A stretch of 64,000 bases of DNA from Candidatus Spongiisociaceae bacterium. Lineage in GTDB: Bacteria > Actinomycetota > Acidimicrobiia > Spongiisociales > Spongiisociaceae. This document shows positions 38,433 through 47,470 of the stretch, piece after piece. Made by a program: the position numbers and the translations under genes. The stretch spans positions 3,392,001-3,456,000 of the forward strand of contig CBDCOH010000002.1 of assembly GCA_965219685.1 (NCBI GenBank). Direction: 5' to 3'. The notes below the pieces were generated by a model. The model had not been told where the DNA came from and ran no database searches. It saw only the letters and a list, made by a program, of their open reading frames with translations. Positions within the stretch are counted from its first letter, which is position 1. Each line of letters starts with the position of its first letter.

Positions 38433-39785
38433 CTATCCGGCGTTCAACTCGATCAGCCGCTCCAGCACGTCGGGAACGCCTCCCGGAGTCACCACGATGA
38501 GTCGAAGGCCCCGGGCTTCCAGGAAGGCGCTGGCGGCGAAGGCCCGGTAGCCGCTCCCGCAGGCCACCCAGACGTCTTCCGACCGATCCAACCCTGCGGG
38601 AAGGCCGTCCTTGAGCCCGGGCACGTACCGGTAGACGGATCCCTCGATGTGGCCCTCCTCCCACTCCCCCGGAGACCGGACGTCCAGCACCTGGACCTCC
38701 TCCCCTGCTGCCAGGGCTGCGGCCAGATCGTCGGTGGTCCTGGTCTCGAAGGACGCCAGAGCGCCCCCGGCGTCGACCCAACCGGAGACCCCGTACACGA
38801 CGCCCAGCACGTTGTCGAAGCCGATCCGCCCGAACTGCCGGGCCACCTCCGCCACGTCCTGTCCTGGCTCGGCCACGAGGACCACCGGACTGTCGAAGGG
38901 CAGGAGCCACCCGGCCCACACCGCCACCTGGTCGCTCATCTCCAGCCCGAGAGAACCCGGTATGTGTCCAGCGGCATAGACAGGGCAGGGCCGTATGTCG
39001 ACGAGCCTCGCCCCCTCCGGCAGGTCCGACGGGTCCAGGACCTCGAGTTCCGGATACGCCAGGGGCTCCGGTCCCATGAGGTTGATGGGTCCCATGTGGG
39101 CGTAGTAGGCCGGGAAGGGTTGCAGGCCGGCCAGTTGCCCCACTACGAACGCGTCTGCGTCCGGGTATGCCAGCGCCGGGTTGGTCCGCCGCTCCAAGCC
39201 AATCGTCGACGTCGACCTCCCTGCTCCCGAGGCGGTACAGAAGGAGCCCTCACCGTGGGTGGGAAAAAGGCCGGTTCCGTCGGGAAGCCCGGCCAGCCGG
39301 TGGACCGACAGGTACTGGAGCCGGGCCAGCTGGCAGGCCCGGTCGTCTCCGAGGAGGTCGGACCGTCCGGCGGAGCCCACCAGCAGGCTTCCTCCGGAGA
39401 ACACCGCCACGATCTCCCCTTCCAGGAGGATCACGTAGCTCATGTGCTCGGGCGTGTGGCCGGGCGTGTGCACCGGCCGGATCGCGACCGGGCCACCGGG
39501 GAGGTCCTCGTTGTGGAAGGCGGGATGGTGATCGAAGGCCACGCCCGCCGCGGCAGGAAGCACGAGACGGGCGCCGGTGCGCCGGGCAAGATCACGTCCG
39601 CCCGACACGTAGTCGTTGTGGATATGGGTCTCGAGGACATGGGTGAGTCCTATGCCCGCGTCGACGACGGCTCGCTCGAACCGCTCCACGTCCCGCTGCG
39701 GATCGACGACCACCCCGCCCCCGTCGTGGGTCAGCAGGTAGGTGCTGTCTCCCAACCCGTCGGTCCGAAACGTCGTGATCTGCAT
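38433..39785 (-). CDS. MBL-fold hydrolase fused to two rhodanese domains (persulfide dioxygenase/CstB-like)
   Basis: ETHIHNDY, HTPGHTPEH, GHIPGS, C-terminal CGSGYRA. Confidence 0.88.
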   Translation of the reverse strand: MQITTFRTDGLGDSTYLLTHDGGGVVVDPQRDVERFERAVVDAGIGLTHVLETHIHNDYVSGGRDLARRTGARLVLPAAAGVAFDHHPAFHNEDLPGGPVAIRPVHTPGHTPEHMSYVILLEGEIVAVFSGGSLLVGSAGRSDLLGDDRACQLARLQYLSVHRLAGLPDGTGLFPTHGEGSFCTASGAGRSTSTIGLERRTNPALAYPDADAFVVGQLAGLQPFPAYYAHMGPINLMGPEPLAYPELEVLDPSDLPEGARLVDIRPCPVYAAGHIPGSLGLEMSDQVAVWAGWLLPFDSPVVLVAEPGQDVAEVARQFGRIGFDNVLGVVYGVSGWVDAGGALASFETRTTDDLAAALAAGEEVQVLDVRSPGEWEEGHIEGSVYRYVPGLKDGLPAGLDRSEDVWVACGSGYRAFAASAFLEARGLRLIVVTPGGVPDVLERLIELNAG

Positions 39786-39878
39786 ATGCCTCCCCGGTCC
39801 CGCGACCTGTCGGTCGGTCCCCCACCTTATCCGACCCCGGTCCCAGGTTTCGTCACCCGAAAGTACAGTGTTCGCGAC

Positions 39879-40907
39879 GTGGGTGACACCCTTGGGAATG
39901 GGAGCATCGTGTATCGCCCGGTGAGTGTAGGTGGTCGGCTTCTGGCGCGTGTGATCGACTGGGTGCTGTACATGGTGGTCGGTTTGGGCTTGGTGCTGGC
40001 GCTGGTCCTAGGGCTGAGATTCCTGGAGGCCCGGTTTGTCGAGCTAGGTGATGAAGGGCTCGTCGATGATGTTGATCACCTCACTGTGCCGGGGCTAGAC
40101 CAGGATGGTGCTATCGCAGTCAAGGCAGTGATCGAAGATTACGAGACGCGTCTTGATCGCTATTTCGACGACACCACATGGGTGGCTGAGGATATGGGTA
40201 TCTCTGTTGACGAGGCGATCGAGAAGTTTGCCTGGCAATCACCGTTTTCGGCTCTTGTCAGCGAGATCCGCAAAGAGCTACCCGACGACTTCTCAGGTGC
40301 CGCAATCAGGGACGATTACACTGCATGGATCGGGTTTGCTGGAGAGGCGCCTCCCGCTGCGGTAGAAGCTATCCGAGCCTTCTCTCGCTCGGTCAACCCA
40401 ATAGAGATAGTCGAGCACCGCGGGTTCTCGGAGAGAGAGGTACTCGACCGGCAGCACCAGATCCGGCGCCGGCAACAATCCTTCGGGATCGATGATCATC
40501 CGGAGTCGCTTGAAGGCGTCGAGCAGGCAATAATCGCCCTGTTGTTCGATCTTCCGCCACCTCTCAATATGGTATCTATCCTACAGTTGGGCCTCGCTGG
40601 TTTGGTTCTCCTGTTCATAGTGGAGATACCACTTACGGCAGTCGCCGGGCAGACCATCGGGAAGACACTGGTTAACATCAAAGTCGTACGTATAGATGAT
40701 GGAAGGTATCCGGGATGGAGCCGTTCTATGGCGAGGTGGGTTGTCCTGTACCTTCCTCTCGCTGTTCCCCTCATCGGACCGTTGTTGTTTGTCCTGATGG
40801 TCGTGTCACCACTATTCGACTCCGGCCGCCGCGGTTGGTACGACAGGGCCGCCGGTACGGTCGTCATAAGCAATACAGATTTCGGACGGACGGCAGACCA
40901 TGATTAG
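39879..40907 (+). CDS. RDD-family membrane protein with a large inserted soluble domain
   Basis: GRLLARVIDW, GQTIGKTLVNIKVV, RRGWYDRAAGTVV; about 180-aa insertion after TM1. Confidence 0.75.
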   Translation: MGDTLGNGSIVYRPVSVGGRLLARVIDWVLYMVVGLGLVLALVLGLRFLEARFVELGDEGLVDDVDHLTVPGLDQDGAIAVKAVIEDYETRLDRYFDDTTWVAEDMGISVDEAIEKFAWQSPFSALVSEIRKELPDDFSGAAIRDDYTAWIGFAGEAPPAAVEAIRAFSRSVNPIEIVEHRGFSEREVLDRQHQIRRRQQSFGIDDHPESLEGVEQAIIALLFDLPPPLNMVSILQLGLAGLVLLFIVEIPLTAVAGQTIGKTLVNIKVVRIDDGRYPGWSRSMARWVVLYLPLAVPLIGPLLFVLMVVSPLFDSGRRGWYDRAAGTVVISNTDFGRTADHD

Positions 40908-41562
40908 CGGTAGTGATCACCAAGAGTCAACGGATGCACTAGATTGCCGCCCGGTTACAATCGGTACCCGTATACGGGCTCGTGTCGTTGACAGCCTGCT
41001 CTATTTGGCAGCTGGTATCGGACTCTTGATCGCTGCTGATTGGTTCGTACTACCAGGATTCGGTGTACAATTCTCCTCCTTAGGAGTAAGGGATTCAGAT
41101 CCTCCACAACTCTCGGCTGGTTACAGGACCCTCGCCATACCCGACTCGGACCTCTGGGCAGCCGTCTTCTTGCTCTACTGGCCGATCGTATTCCTGGTAC
41201 CAGCCCTTCTCTACGAGGTACCGATGGTCGCCCTCCGCGGGCAAACACCGGGAAAGATACTGAACAACATGAATGTGGTCGCTTTCGAGGACGGTAGACC
41301 CCCCGGCTGGGGCAGATCCTGCGCCAGGTGGGCCGTTCTCTGGGTTCCCCTATTCATACCCCTCGGAGTTGTCCTCACCCTCTTGATAGCCAGTTCACCG
41401 CTGTTCGACCCCGATCGCCGCGGATGGCATGACAGAATCGCCGGCACGATGGTGGTCAGCGGACGTACGGGAACGGCGCCGTCTCGGACGCCCGGGGTTG
41501 GTAGCCGACGGGCGCGGTCACCGGGGTTGGGCGAGGATGGCCTACCGCCGACCCGGGCCTGA
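40900..41562 (+). CDS. RDD-family membrane protein
   Basis: RIRARVVDS, GQTPGK, RRGWHDRIAGTMVV. Confidence 0.85.
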   Translation: MISGSDHQESTDALDCRPVTIGTRIRARVVDSLLYLAAGIGLLIAADWFVLPGFGVQFSSLGVRDSDPPQLSAGYRTLAIPDSDLWAAVFLLYWPIVFLVPALLYEVPMVALRGQTPGKILNNMNVVAFEDGRPPGWGRSCARWAVLWVPLFIPLGVVLTLLIASSPLFDPDRRGWHDRIAGTMVVSGRTGTAPSRTPGVGSRRARSPGLGEDGLPPTRA

Positions 41563-42138
41563 CGACCGATCCTCGAGGGACCTGAGCTCCAGCGCCAGGC
41601 CGGCCACCATCAGGTAGGCCCTATCCGCCCTTGATGCGACCAGTTGATTCACGCGCCCGAGCACGTCCCTGTACTCCCTTGCAAGCGCTGATGCGGGCAC
41701 TATGCCTTGCCCGACCTCGTTGCTGACCAGGATCCACCGGCCGCCCGCCTCGTCGATCAGGTCGAGTAGGCGCCTCACCGTCTCGAGGATCGTGCCCTCC
41801 ACGCCCGAATCCTCCTCGCCCGCGAGCAGGAGGTTGCTCACCCACAGGGTCAGGCAGTCCAGGACGAACGTGTCGTGGCGCTCGACGAGCGGCCGGACCG
41901 CATCGCTGACGTGGATCGGCTCCTCGAGCGTATCCCAGTGCTCCGGCCGGTAGCGACGGTGATCAGCGATACGCCGGCGCATCCCTTCGTCAAGGGCTTC
42001 GGCGGTGGCGATGAAGAGCACCCTTCCCCGATGCCTCGCCATGCGCTCCGCTGCGGTGCTCTTTCCTGAGCGGGCGCCACCGAGGATCAGGACGAGTTCG
42101 CCCGGGCGAGCCGCGGACCCGTCCGAGCTGTCAGGCAT
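41542..42138 (-). CDS. cobU: Adenosylcobinamide kinase / Cbi-P guanylyltransferase
   Basis: LGGARSGKS, DCLTLWVSN, VSNEVG. Confidence 0.93.
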   Translation of the reverse strand: MPDSSDGSAARPGELVLILGGARSGKSTAAERMARHRGRVLFIATAEALDEGMRRRIADHRRYRPEHWDTLEEPIHVSDAVRPLVERHDTFVLDCLTLWVSNLLLAGEEDSGVEGTILETVRRLLDLIDEAGGRWILVSNEVGQGIVPASALAREYRDVLGRVNQLVASRADRAYLMVAGLALELRSLEDRSSGPGRR

Positions 42139-42760
42139 CGAAGCCCGACCCCAGATGGCTGGTGTCGTTGAGCAGGTCGAGGGTCACGCCGCCCTCCTCG
42201 TACACAGTGACAACCGACAGGCCGGCGTTCGACAGCCGGAGCCTCCACATTGCATCGACGGGCAACCCGAGCATTGACACCATCATGGCGCGCAGGATGC
42301 CTCCGTGGGAAACGACCAGGAGATTCCCGCCGGCACCGTCATGGCGGGCCGTGATCCGCGCCACCGCGCCGGCTGCCCTGCTCAGCAGCGTCCGGTCGCT
42401 CTCGCCTCCCGGTGGGGCGAAATCCGGCCTCTCGTCGAACAACTCCTCCAACATGCGGGGGTAAAGGCTCCTGACCTCCTCGTAGGTCATCCCCTCCCAC
42501 TCGCCGAAGTTCTTCTCCCTCAGATCGCGCCGGTAGGTGATCGGAGTCTCCCGGCCTCGCATCACGGGCTCCGCCGTGTCCACGGCCCGGACCAGGTCGC
42601 TGGAGTAGGCCGCCTCGAAGGCCACCGGGGCCAGCCGGACCCCCACGGCCTCCGCCTGCTCGAGTCCCTCCCGATTCAAGGGCGGGTCCGCCTGGCCCTG
42701 GGCACGCCCGACCCTGTTCCACTCGGTCTGCCCATGCCGTACCAGGAACCATCTACGCAT
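42131..42760 (-). CDS. cobC: Alpha-ribazole/adenosylcobalamin phosphatase (histidine phosphatase)
   Basis: RHGQTEWN and SHGG motifs; cob context. Confidence 0.8.
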   Translation of the reverse strand: MRRWFLVRHGQTEWNRVGRAQGQADPPLNREGLEQAEAVGVRLAPVAFEAAYSSDLVRAVDTAEPVMRGRETPITYRRDLREKNFGEWEGMTYEEVRSLYPRMLEELFDERPDFAPPGGESDRTLLSRAAGAVARITARHDGAGGNLLVVSHGGILRAMMVSMLGLPVDAMWRLRLSNAGLSVVTVYEEGGVTLDLLNDTSHLGSGFDA

Positions 42761-42843
42761 GTGCATCCCTCAGGATCCGCCCGCCCGCGTCACCGGCTAC
42801 GGGCCGCCGTAGGGCTCCCCCACGACCGGCCAACCTCCCGTCG

Positions 42844-44322
42844 CTAACGAGCCGGCTCCGCGCTGAAGAGTGCGTCGACGTCGACCGCGGCCTCGAGAGC
42901 CGAGGCCACCTCGTCGAGGGCGTCCTCCACAACGACCGAGAATTCGAGCTCGGGGTCGGACGCGGCGCCGAGGCGAGCCAGCCAGGCCCGCCGGTACGCA
43001 TCGCTGTTGAAGAGCCCGTGCAGGTGGACCCCGCCGATCCGCCCGTCCGGGCTCTGCGCGCCATCGGGGCCGTATGTTATTTGGAGCAGGGGCCGGCCGA
43101 GATCGGGGCCGGTGACCCGGCCGTTGTGGATCTCGTATCCGTGGACCGGCGCGCCGGACAGAGCGCACCTCCCCGAGACCTCCCGCACGATCTTGGTGTC
43201 CGCCATGGTGGTCTCGATGTCGAGCAGCCCGAAGCCTGCAATGCTGCGGGCCGGCCCGTCCACACCGTTCGGGTCGTGAACCGCCCTTCCCAGCATCTGC
43301 ATCCCGCCGCAGATACCGAACACTCGCCCGCCCCCGCGGGCGTGGGCGATTATGTCGTGGTCCCATCCCTGCTGCCTGCAGAGGTCGAGATCGCCGATCG
43401 TCGACTTGGTCCCGGGGAGCAGGATGAGGTCGACATCCCTCGGAATCGATCGACCGGGCCGCACGAGCAGGCACTCCACACCGGGTTCCGCGAGAAGCGG
43501 ATCGAGGTCGTCGTGGTTGGCGATACGGCCCAGCAGGGGAACGGCCACCCGCAAAAGGCGGGGATCACCGTACGACCGAGCCACCGGGCCGACCGACTCG
43601 GGCAGGGCTACCGCGTCCTCCGACGGCAACCGGGACGCCGCCGCTATCCAGGGGACCACCCCTAAGCAATTCCAGCCGGTCCGCCGCTCGATCAGCTCGA
43701 CACCGGGTTCGAAGATGCTGCGGGCCCCCCGAAACTTGTTGATCACGAACCCGGTCACCATCGCCGCGTCGGCCGGATCCAGGACCGCGTGGGTTCCAAC
43801 GAGCGAAGCGATAACCCCGCCCCGGTCGATGTCGCCGACGATGCAGACCGGCACACCGGCCCGGCGGGCGAAGCCCATGTTGGCGATGTCGCGGCAACGG
43901 AGGTTGGTCTCGGCCGGGCTTCCGGCGCCCTCCACTATGACCAGGTCGTGGGTGGCGACCAGCCTGTTGAAACTGTCGGTGACCACGTCGAGCAGGCCAC
44001 CGCGGTCACCGATGTAGTCACCCGGTTCGAGAAGACCGTACGGCTCCCCGCGGACGACCAGCTGGGCGGTGCGATCGGACTGCGGCTTGATCAGGACCGG
44101 GTTGAGATCGGGCCGTGCCGGGACCCCTGCGGCGCGGGCCTGCAGTGCCTGGGCCCGGCCGATCTCCCCACCGCCCGGGCACGCCGCGGCGTTGTTGGAC
44201 ATGTTCTGGGGCTTGAAGGGGGACACGGCAATGCCGCGCTGGGCGGCCAGGCGGCAGAGCCCCGCCACGATCAGGGACTTGCCGGCACTCGAGGCGGTTC
44301 CCTGGATCATGATGGCGCGCAT
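42844..44322 (-). CDS. cobQ: Cobyric acid synthase
   Basis: QGTASSAGKS, PFKPQNMSNN, EGAGSPAE, GICGGMQMLG, HGLF. Confidence 0.95.
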   Translation of the reverse strand: MRAIMIQGTASSAGKSLIVAGLCRLAAQRGIAVSPFKPQNMSNNAAACPGGGEIGRAQALQARAAGVPARPDLNPVLIKPQSDRTAQLVVRGEPYGLLEPGDYIGDRGGLLDVVTDSFNRLVATHDLVIVEGAGSPAETNLRCRDIANMGFARRAGVPVCIVGDIDRGGVIASLVGTHAVLDPADAAMVTGFVINKFRGARSIFEPGVELIERRTGWNCLGVVPWIAAASRLPSEDAVALPESVGPVARSYGDPRLLRVAVPLLGRIANHDDLDPLLAEPGVECLLVRPGRSIPRDVDLILLPGTKSTIGDLDLCRQQGWDHDIIAHARGGGRVFGICGGMQMLGRAVHDPNGVDGPARSIAGFGLLDIETTMADTKIVREVSGRCALSGAPVHGYEIHNGRVTGPDLGRPLLQITYGPDGAQSPDGRIGGVHLHGLFNSDAYRRAWLARLGAASDPELEFSVVVEDALDEVASALEAAVDVDALFSAEPAR

Positions 44323-44368
44323 GGATGGACAGACTAGATGCCGGGCCGGGGCCGCCACACCCTTCAAC

Positions 44369-44449
44369 TGCGCCGAGAAGTACGGCCAGGAGAAGTGGGC
44401 CGAGTACCAGGAGACGGTGCCGTACCGCATCATCCCCGGCATCTATTGA
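44369..44449 (+). pseudogene. C-terminal fragment resembling an ERG4/ERG24 (sterol reductase) family protein
   Basis: CAEKYGQEKWAEYQETVPYRIIPGIY* fits the CxxKYGxxWxxYxxxVPYRIxPxIY terminus; no upstream body. Confidence 0.55.
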
Positions 44450-44491
44450 TGCCGGCGGAGTTGCCCTGAGTTTACCGGAGAGCGCTCCGAT

Positions 44492-45556
44492 TCAAGCTAG
44501 AACGTCACGCAGCGCACCGATCAAGCGGCGGCTGTCCTCCATGCCTCTCACCCCGATCCGGATGTGCCCCGGCAACCCGAACGATGAGCAATCGCGTACG
44601 CACATCCGGCGGCGCGTGAGCAAGGCGTGGCGCACCTCCGGCGCGGCGCCCACCTCGACCAGCAGAAAGTTGGCGCTCGAGGGCGCGCATGCCAAGCCCA
44701 GCGCCCGGAGTTCGCGCACCAGGTACTCCCTGGCGGCCTTCACGACCCTGCGGCCCCCGTCCGCATGGTCCGGATCACCGAGCGCGGCGATCCCGGCGAC
44801 CTGAGCCGCCGCGTTCACGCTCCACGTGTACTGGAAACGCCTCGCCTCCCCCACCAGCCCGGCCGGCGCCAGCATGTACCCCAGCCGCAAGCCGGTGAGC
44901 CCATGGTCCTTGGTCATGGATCGCAGCAGCGCCACGTTGCCGGCATCCAGCAGCGCGGTCGCATCCCAGCGCTCGTCCACGAAGGACGCGTAGGCCTCGT
45001 CCACCACCAGCAACCCGGCATCCCCCACCGCCCGGGCGCAGGCTTCGACCTCGCCCTGTCCAAGATACGTCCCGGTCGGGTTGTTGGGATTGCAGATGAA
45101 GACCACGGCCGGCCGGAGTTCTGCCAGGCGACGCGCCGCTTCCGGTATGTCCCAGCGGAACCGCCCTCCCGGGGAGGCGGCGATCGGGACAGGCTCGACC
45201 TGCTGGAGACGGCATGCGGCCTCGTACTCGCCGAAGGTCGGCGCGAGGACGGCGGCGCGGTCGCCCGGACGGAGCCGCGCCCGGGCAATCAGGTGGATCA
45301 GCTCGGTGGACCCGTTCCCGACCAGAATGCGCTCCCGCCGGACTCCGAGTTCGGCGCCGAGTGCGGTCCGTAGCTCGAAGCACTCGGGATCGGGATAGGC
45401 GGACAACTCCACATGGCGGAGGGAGCCCTCCACCTGCGGGGAGACCCCGAGGGGATTGATGCTGGCGCTGAAGTCCACCACCTCGTCGCGACGCAGGCCG
45501 AGGGTCTTCAACTCGGCGTCGTTCAGGCCGCCGTGGAACGGGCGGGGGGTGGACAC
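44492..45556 (-). CDS. cobD: Threonine-phosphate decarboxylase (CobD, class I/II aminotransferase fold)
   Basis: HGG, DFSASINP, CNPNNPTG, DEAY, RSMTKDHGLTGLRLGY; cob context. Confidence 0.82.
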   Translation of the reverse strand: MSTPRPFHGGLNDAELKTLGLRRDEVVDFSASINPLGVSPQVEGSLRHVELSAYPDPECFELRTALGAELGVRRERILVGNGSTELIHLIARARLRPGDRAAVLAPTFGEYEAACRLQQVEPVPIAASPGGRFRWDIPEAARRLAELRPAVVFICNPNNPTGTYLGQGEVEACARAVGDAGLLVVDEAYASFVDERWDATALLDAGNVALLRSMTKDHGLTGLRLGYMLAPAGLVGEARRFQYTWSVNAAAQVAGIAALGDPDHADGGRRVVKAAREYLVRELRALGLACAPSSANFLLVEVGAAPEVRHALLTRRRMCVRDCSSFGLPGHIRIGVRGMEDSRRLIGALRDVLA

Positions 45557-45560
45557 GCTT

Positions 45561-46517
45561 CTACCCGAAGACCGATCCGCGCAGTGCCAGGGCCGCCACT
45601 ACCACTGCCGCCGCGGCGGCGGCGACAGCGTTGGCGAGCCGGACAGAGGCGCCTATGTCGGCGGGCTCCGGATCGTCCAGCCCGTCCCCGATCCGGTAGT
45701 GACCGGTCTTCTCCAGCGCCACCCCCAGCAGTCCGGCCGCCGCGGCGATCGTCCACCCCGCGTTCGGGCTTTCGGTCAGCCGGTGGTCCCGCCGCGCGAT
45801 CCTCCACCCCCGGCCGGTCGGCATGCCGCATAACAGCCTGCCCGCCCCCAGCATCAGCAGGGCGCTCAGCCGGGCCGGTACCAGGTTGACCAGATCGTCG
45901 AGCCTGGCGGCGGCCTTGCCCAGGTGCTCGTACCTGCCCCGGTATCCGATCATGCTGTCCAGGGTGTTGATCGCCCGGTAGGCGAAGGCACCCGGCAGGC
46001 CGAACAGGGCGAAGGCCAGCCAAGGGCCGACGAAGCTGTCAGTGGTGTTCTCGGCCACCGACTCGATCGCCGCCATCGCCACCAGGGGAGGCGCCAGCGC
46101 CCGTGTATCGCGGCTGACCAGGCTGCCCAGGCTCCGCCGAGCCTTCTCCCGGTCATCTGACTCCATGGCCGAGCGGGTCCTGTTGGCGGCACGCCCCAGT
46201 TCCCTGACCGCGAATGTGCTGCTGAGAAGTACGGACCCCGCCGCCACATAGGCGATCCATCCCACCTCCCGAAGCGTCACCGCCGCCAGCCAGGCGAGCC
46301 CGCCGGCCGCCACCGGCACGAATACGGCCATTCCGATCCCGGCCACCAGCGAGGCCAACCTGCGACCGGGACCGGGCGAGAGTCGCTCGAGCCGCGCGAT
46401 CAGCCTCCCCATCCACACCACGGGGTGAAGGGAGGGTGGCGCCTCCCCGAGAGCCAGGTCCACCAATATCGCGACGAGCAAGGTCGCCGCCTCTACACGC
46501 CAATCGCCCGACCACAT
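45561..46517 (-). CDS. cbiB: Adenosylcobinamide-phosphate synthase
   Basis: HPVVWMG, ESVAENTTD, NTLDSMIGY, SPNAGW. Confidence 0.93.
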   Translation of the reverse strand: MWSGDWRVEAATLLVAILVDLALGEAPPSLHPVVWMGRLIARLERLSPGPGRRLASLVAGIGMAVFVPVAAGGLAWLAAVTLREVGWIAYVAAGSVLLSSTFAVRELGRAANRTRSAMESDDREKARRSLGSLVSRDTRALAPPLVAMAAIESVAENTTDSFVGPWLAFALFGLPGAFAYRAINTLDSMIGYRGRYEHLGKAAARLDDLVNLVPARLSALLMLGAGRLLCGMPTGRGWRIARRDHRLTESPNAGWTIAAAAGLLGVALEKTGHYRIGDGLDDPEPADIGASVRLANAVAAAAAAVVVAALALRGSVFG

Positions 46518-46528
46518 CCCGCAGAGAC

Positions 46529-47470
46529 TCAGACGGGCGCGTCCAGCAGAGCGAGCAACGGTGATCCGAGGGCCCCCGGATCCGCGACCGTCATGACCAC
46601 GGCCAGCACGAGAACCGCGGCTTCGCTCGTCTCGCACGCCGCCCCGTAGATGTCACCGGTGACGCCGCCGATGCGTCGCTTCGCCCATGTCCCGACCGCC
46701 GCAGCGGCGAGGCCGGCGGCGGCCATTAGCAGGAGACCCACGGGACCGGTCAGCATCACGGTCGCCGCCACCGCCATGACCGAGCCCAGCAGCAGACTCC
46801 GCCGGCTCCCGCCAACGAGGAACGGCGTACCGAGGCCCTCGCGACGCACGTACGGGAACCGGTCCATCACGACCAGCATGGCCCAGCGGGACAGGCAGGG
46901 AACCAGCATGATCGTCCAGAGACGGCTATGCGCGGGGAGGGCGGCCATCGACGACGACTTGACGAGCAGCAGGAGCACGACGCCGATGACCGCGTAGGCC
47001 CCCACATGCGGATCTCGGAGCAGTGCCAGCCGCCGCTCCCGGTCGTGCCCGCCCGCCAGCGCATCGAAGGTGTCCATGAAGCCGTCCAGGTGCAGACCGC
47101 GCGTCAGCACGGCCAGCACGGCTACCAGCAACACCCCCTCCAGAAGGAAAGGAACCCCGCGGTAGGAGATCGAAATGTCAGTGGTGGAGATCTCCGTGGT
47201 GCCAGCCGTGTGGATGATGGCCTCCACAGGGAACGCATGCTGCCAGAACCCGGGGAGGAAGTATTGGAGTTCGTCGGCGGACGGCACGAATCGGGCCTGG
47301 AGTACCAGGTATCCCAGGCGGAGCAACCCATCCACCATGGCAAGGATCACCCCCAGGAGCAGGCCAACAACCGGGAACCAGGCCGGCGCTCCCGACAAAC
47401 CGGCGGCAGGGGTCCGCGGCGCGCCCGGAAGGAGCGTCAGGAAGCCGATGGCTGCGCGCAGTCCTCTCAT
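46529..47470 (-). CDS. cobS: Cobalamin 5'-phosphate synthase with a loop insertion
   Basis: FLTLLP, LTRGLHLDGFMDTFD, GGVTGDIYGA. Confidence 0.92.
   Translation of the reverse strand: MRGLRAAIGFLTLLPGAPRTPAAGLSGAPAWFPVVGLLLGVILAMVDGLLRLGYLVLQARFVPSADELQYFLPGFWQHAFPVEAIIHTAGTTEISTTDISISYRGVPFLLEGVLLVAVLAVLTRGLHLDGFMDTFDALAGGHDRERRLALLRDPHVGAYAVIGVVLLLLVKSSSMAALPAHSRLWTIMLVPCLSRWAMLVVMDRFPYVRREGLGTPFLVGGSRRSLLLGSVMAVAATVMLTGPVGLLLMAAAGLAAAAVGTWAKRRIGGVTGDIYGAACETSEAAVLVLAVVMTVADPGALGSPLLALLDAPV

Noticed and set aside
38649-39878. 752-aa ORF 38649-40907 as one large fusion protein
   Set aside because: The first ~410 codons are antisense to the MBL-rhodanese gene; only the part from 39879 is RDD-like
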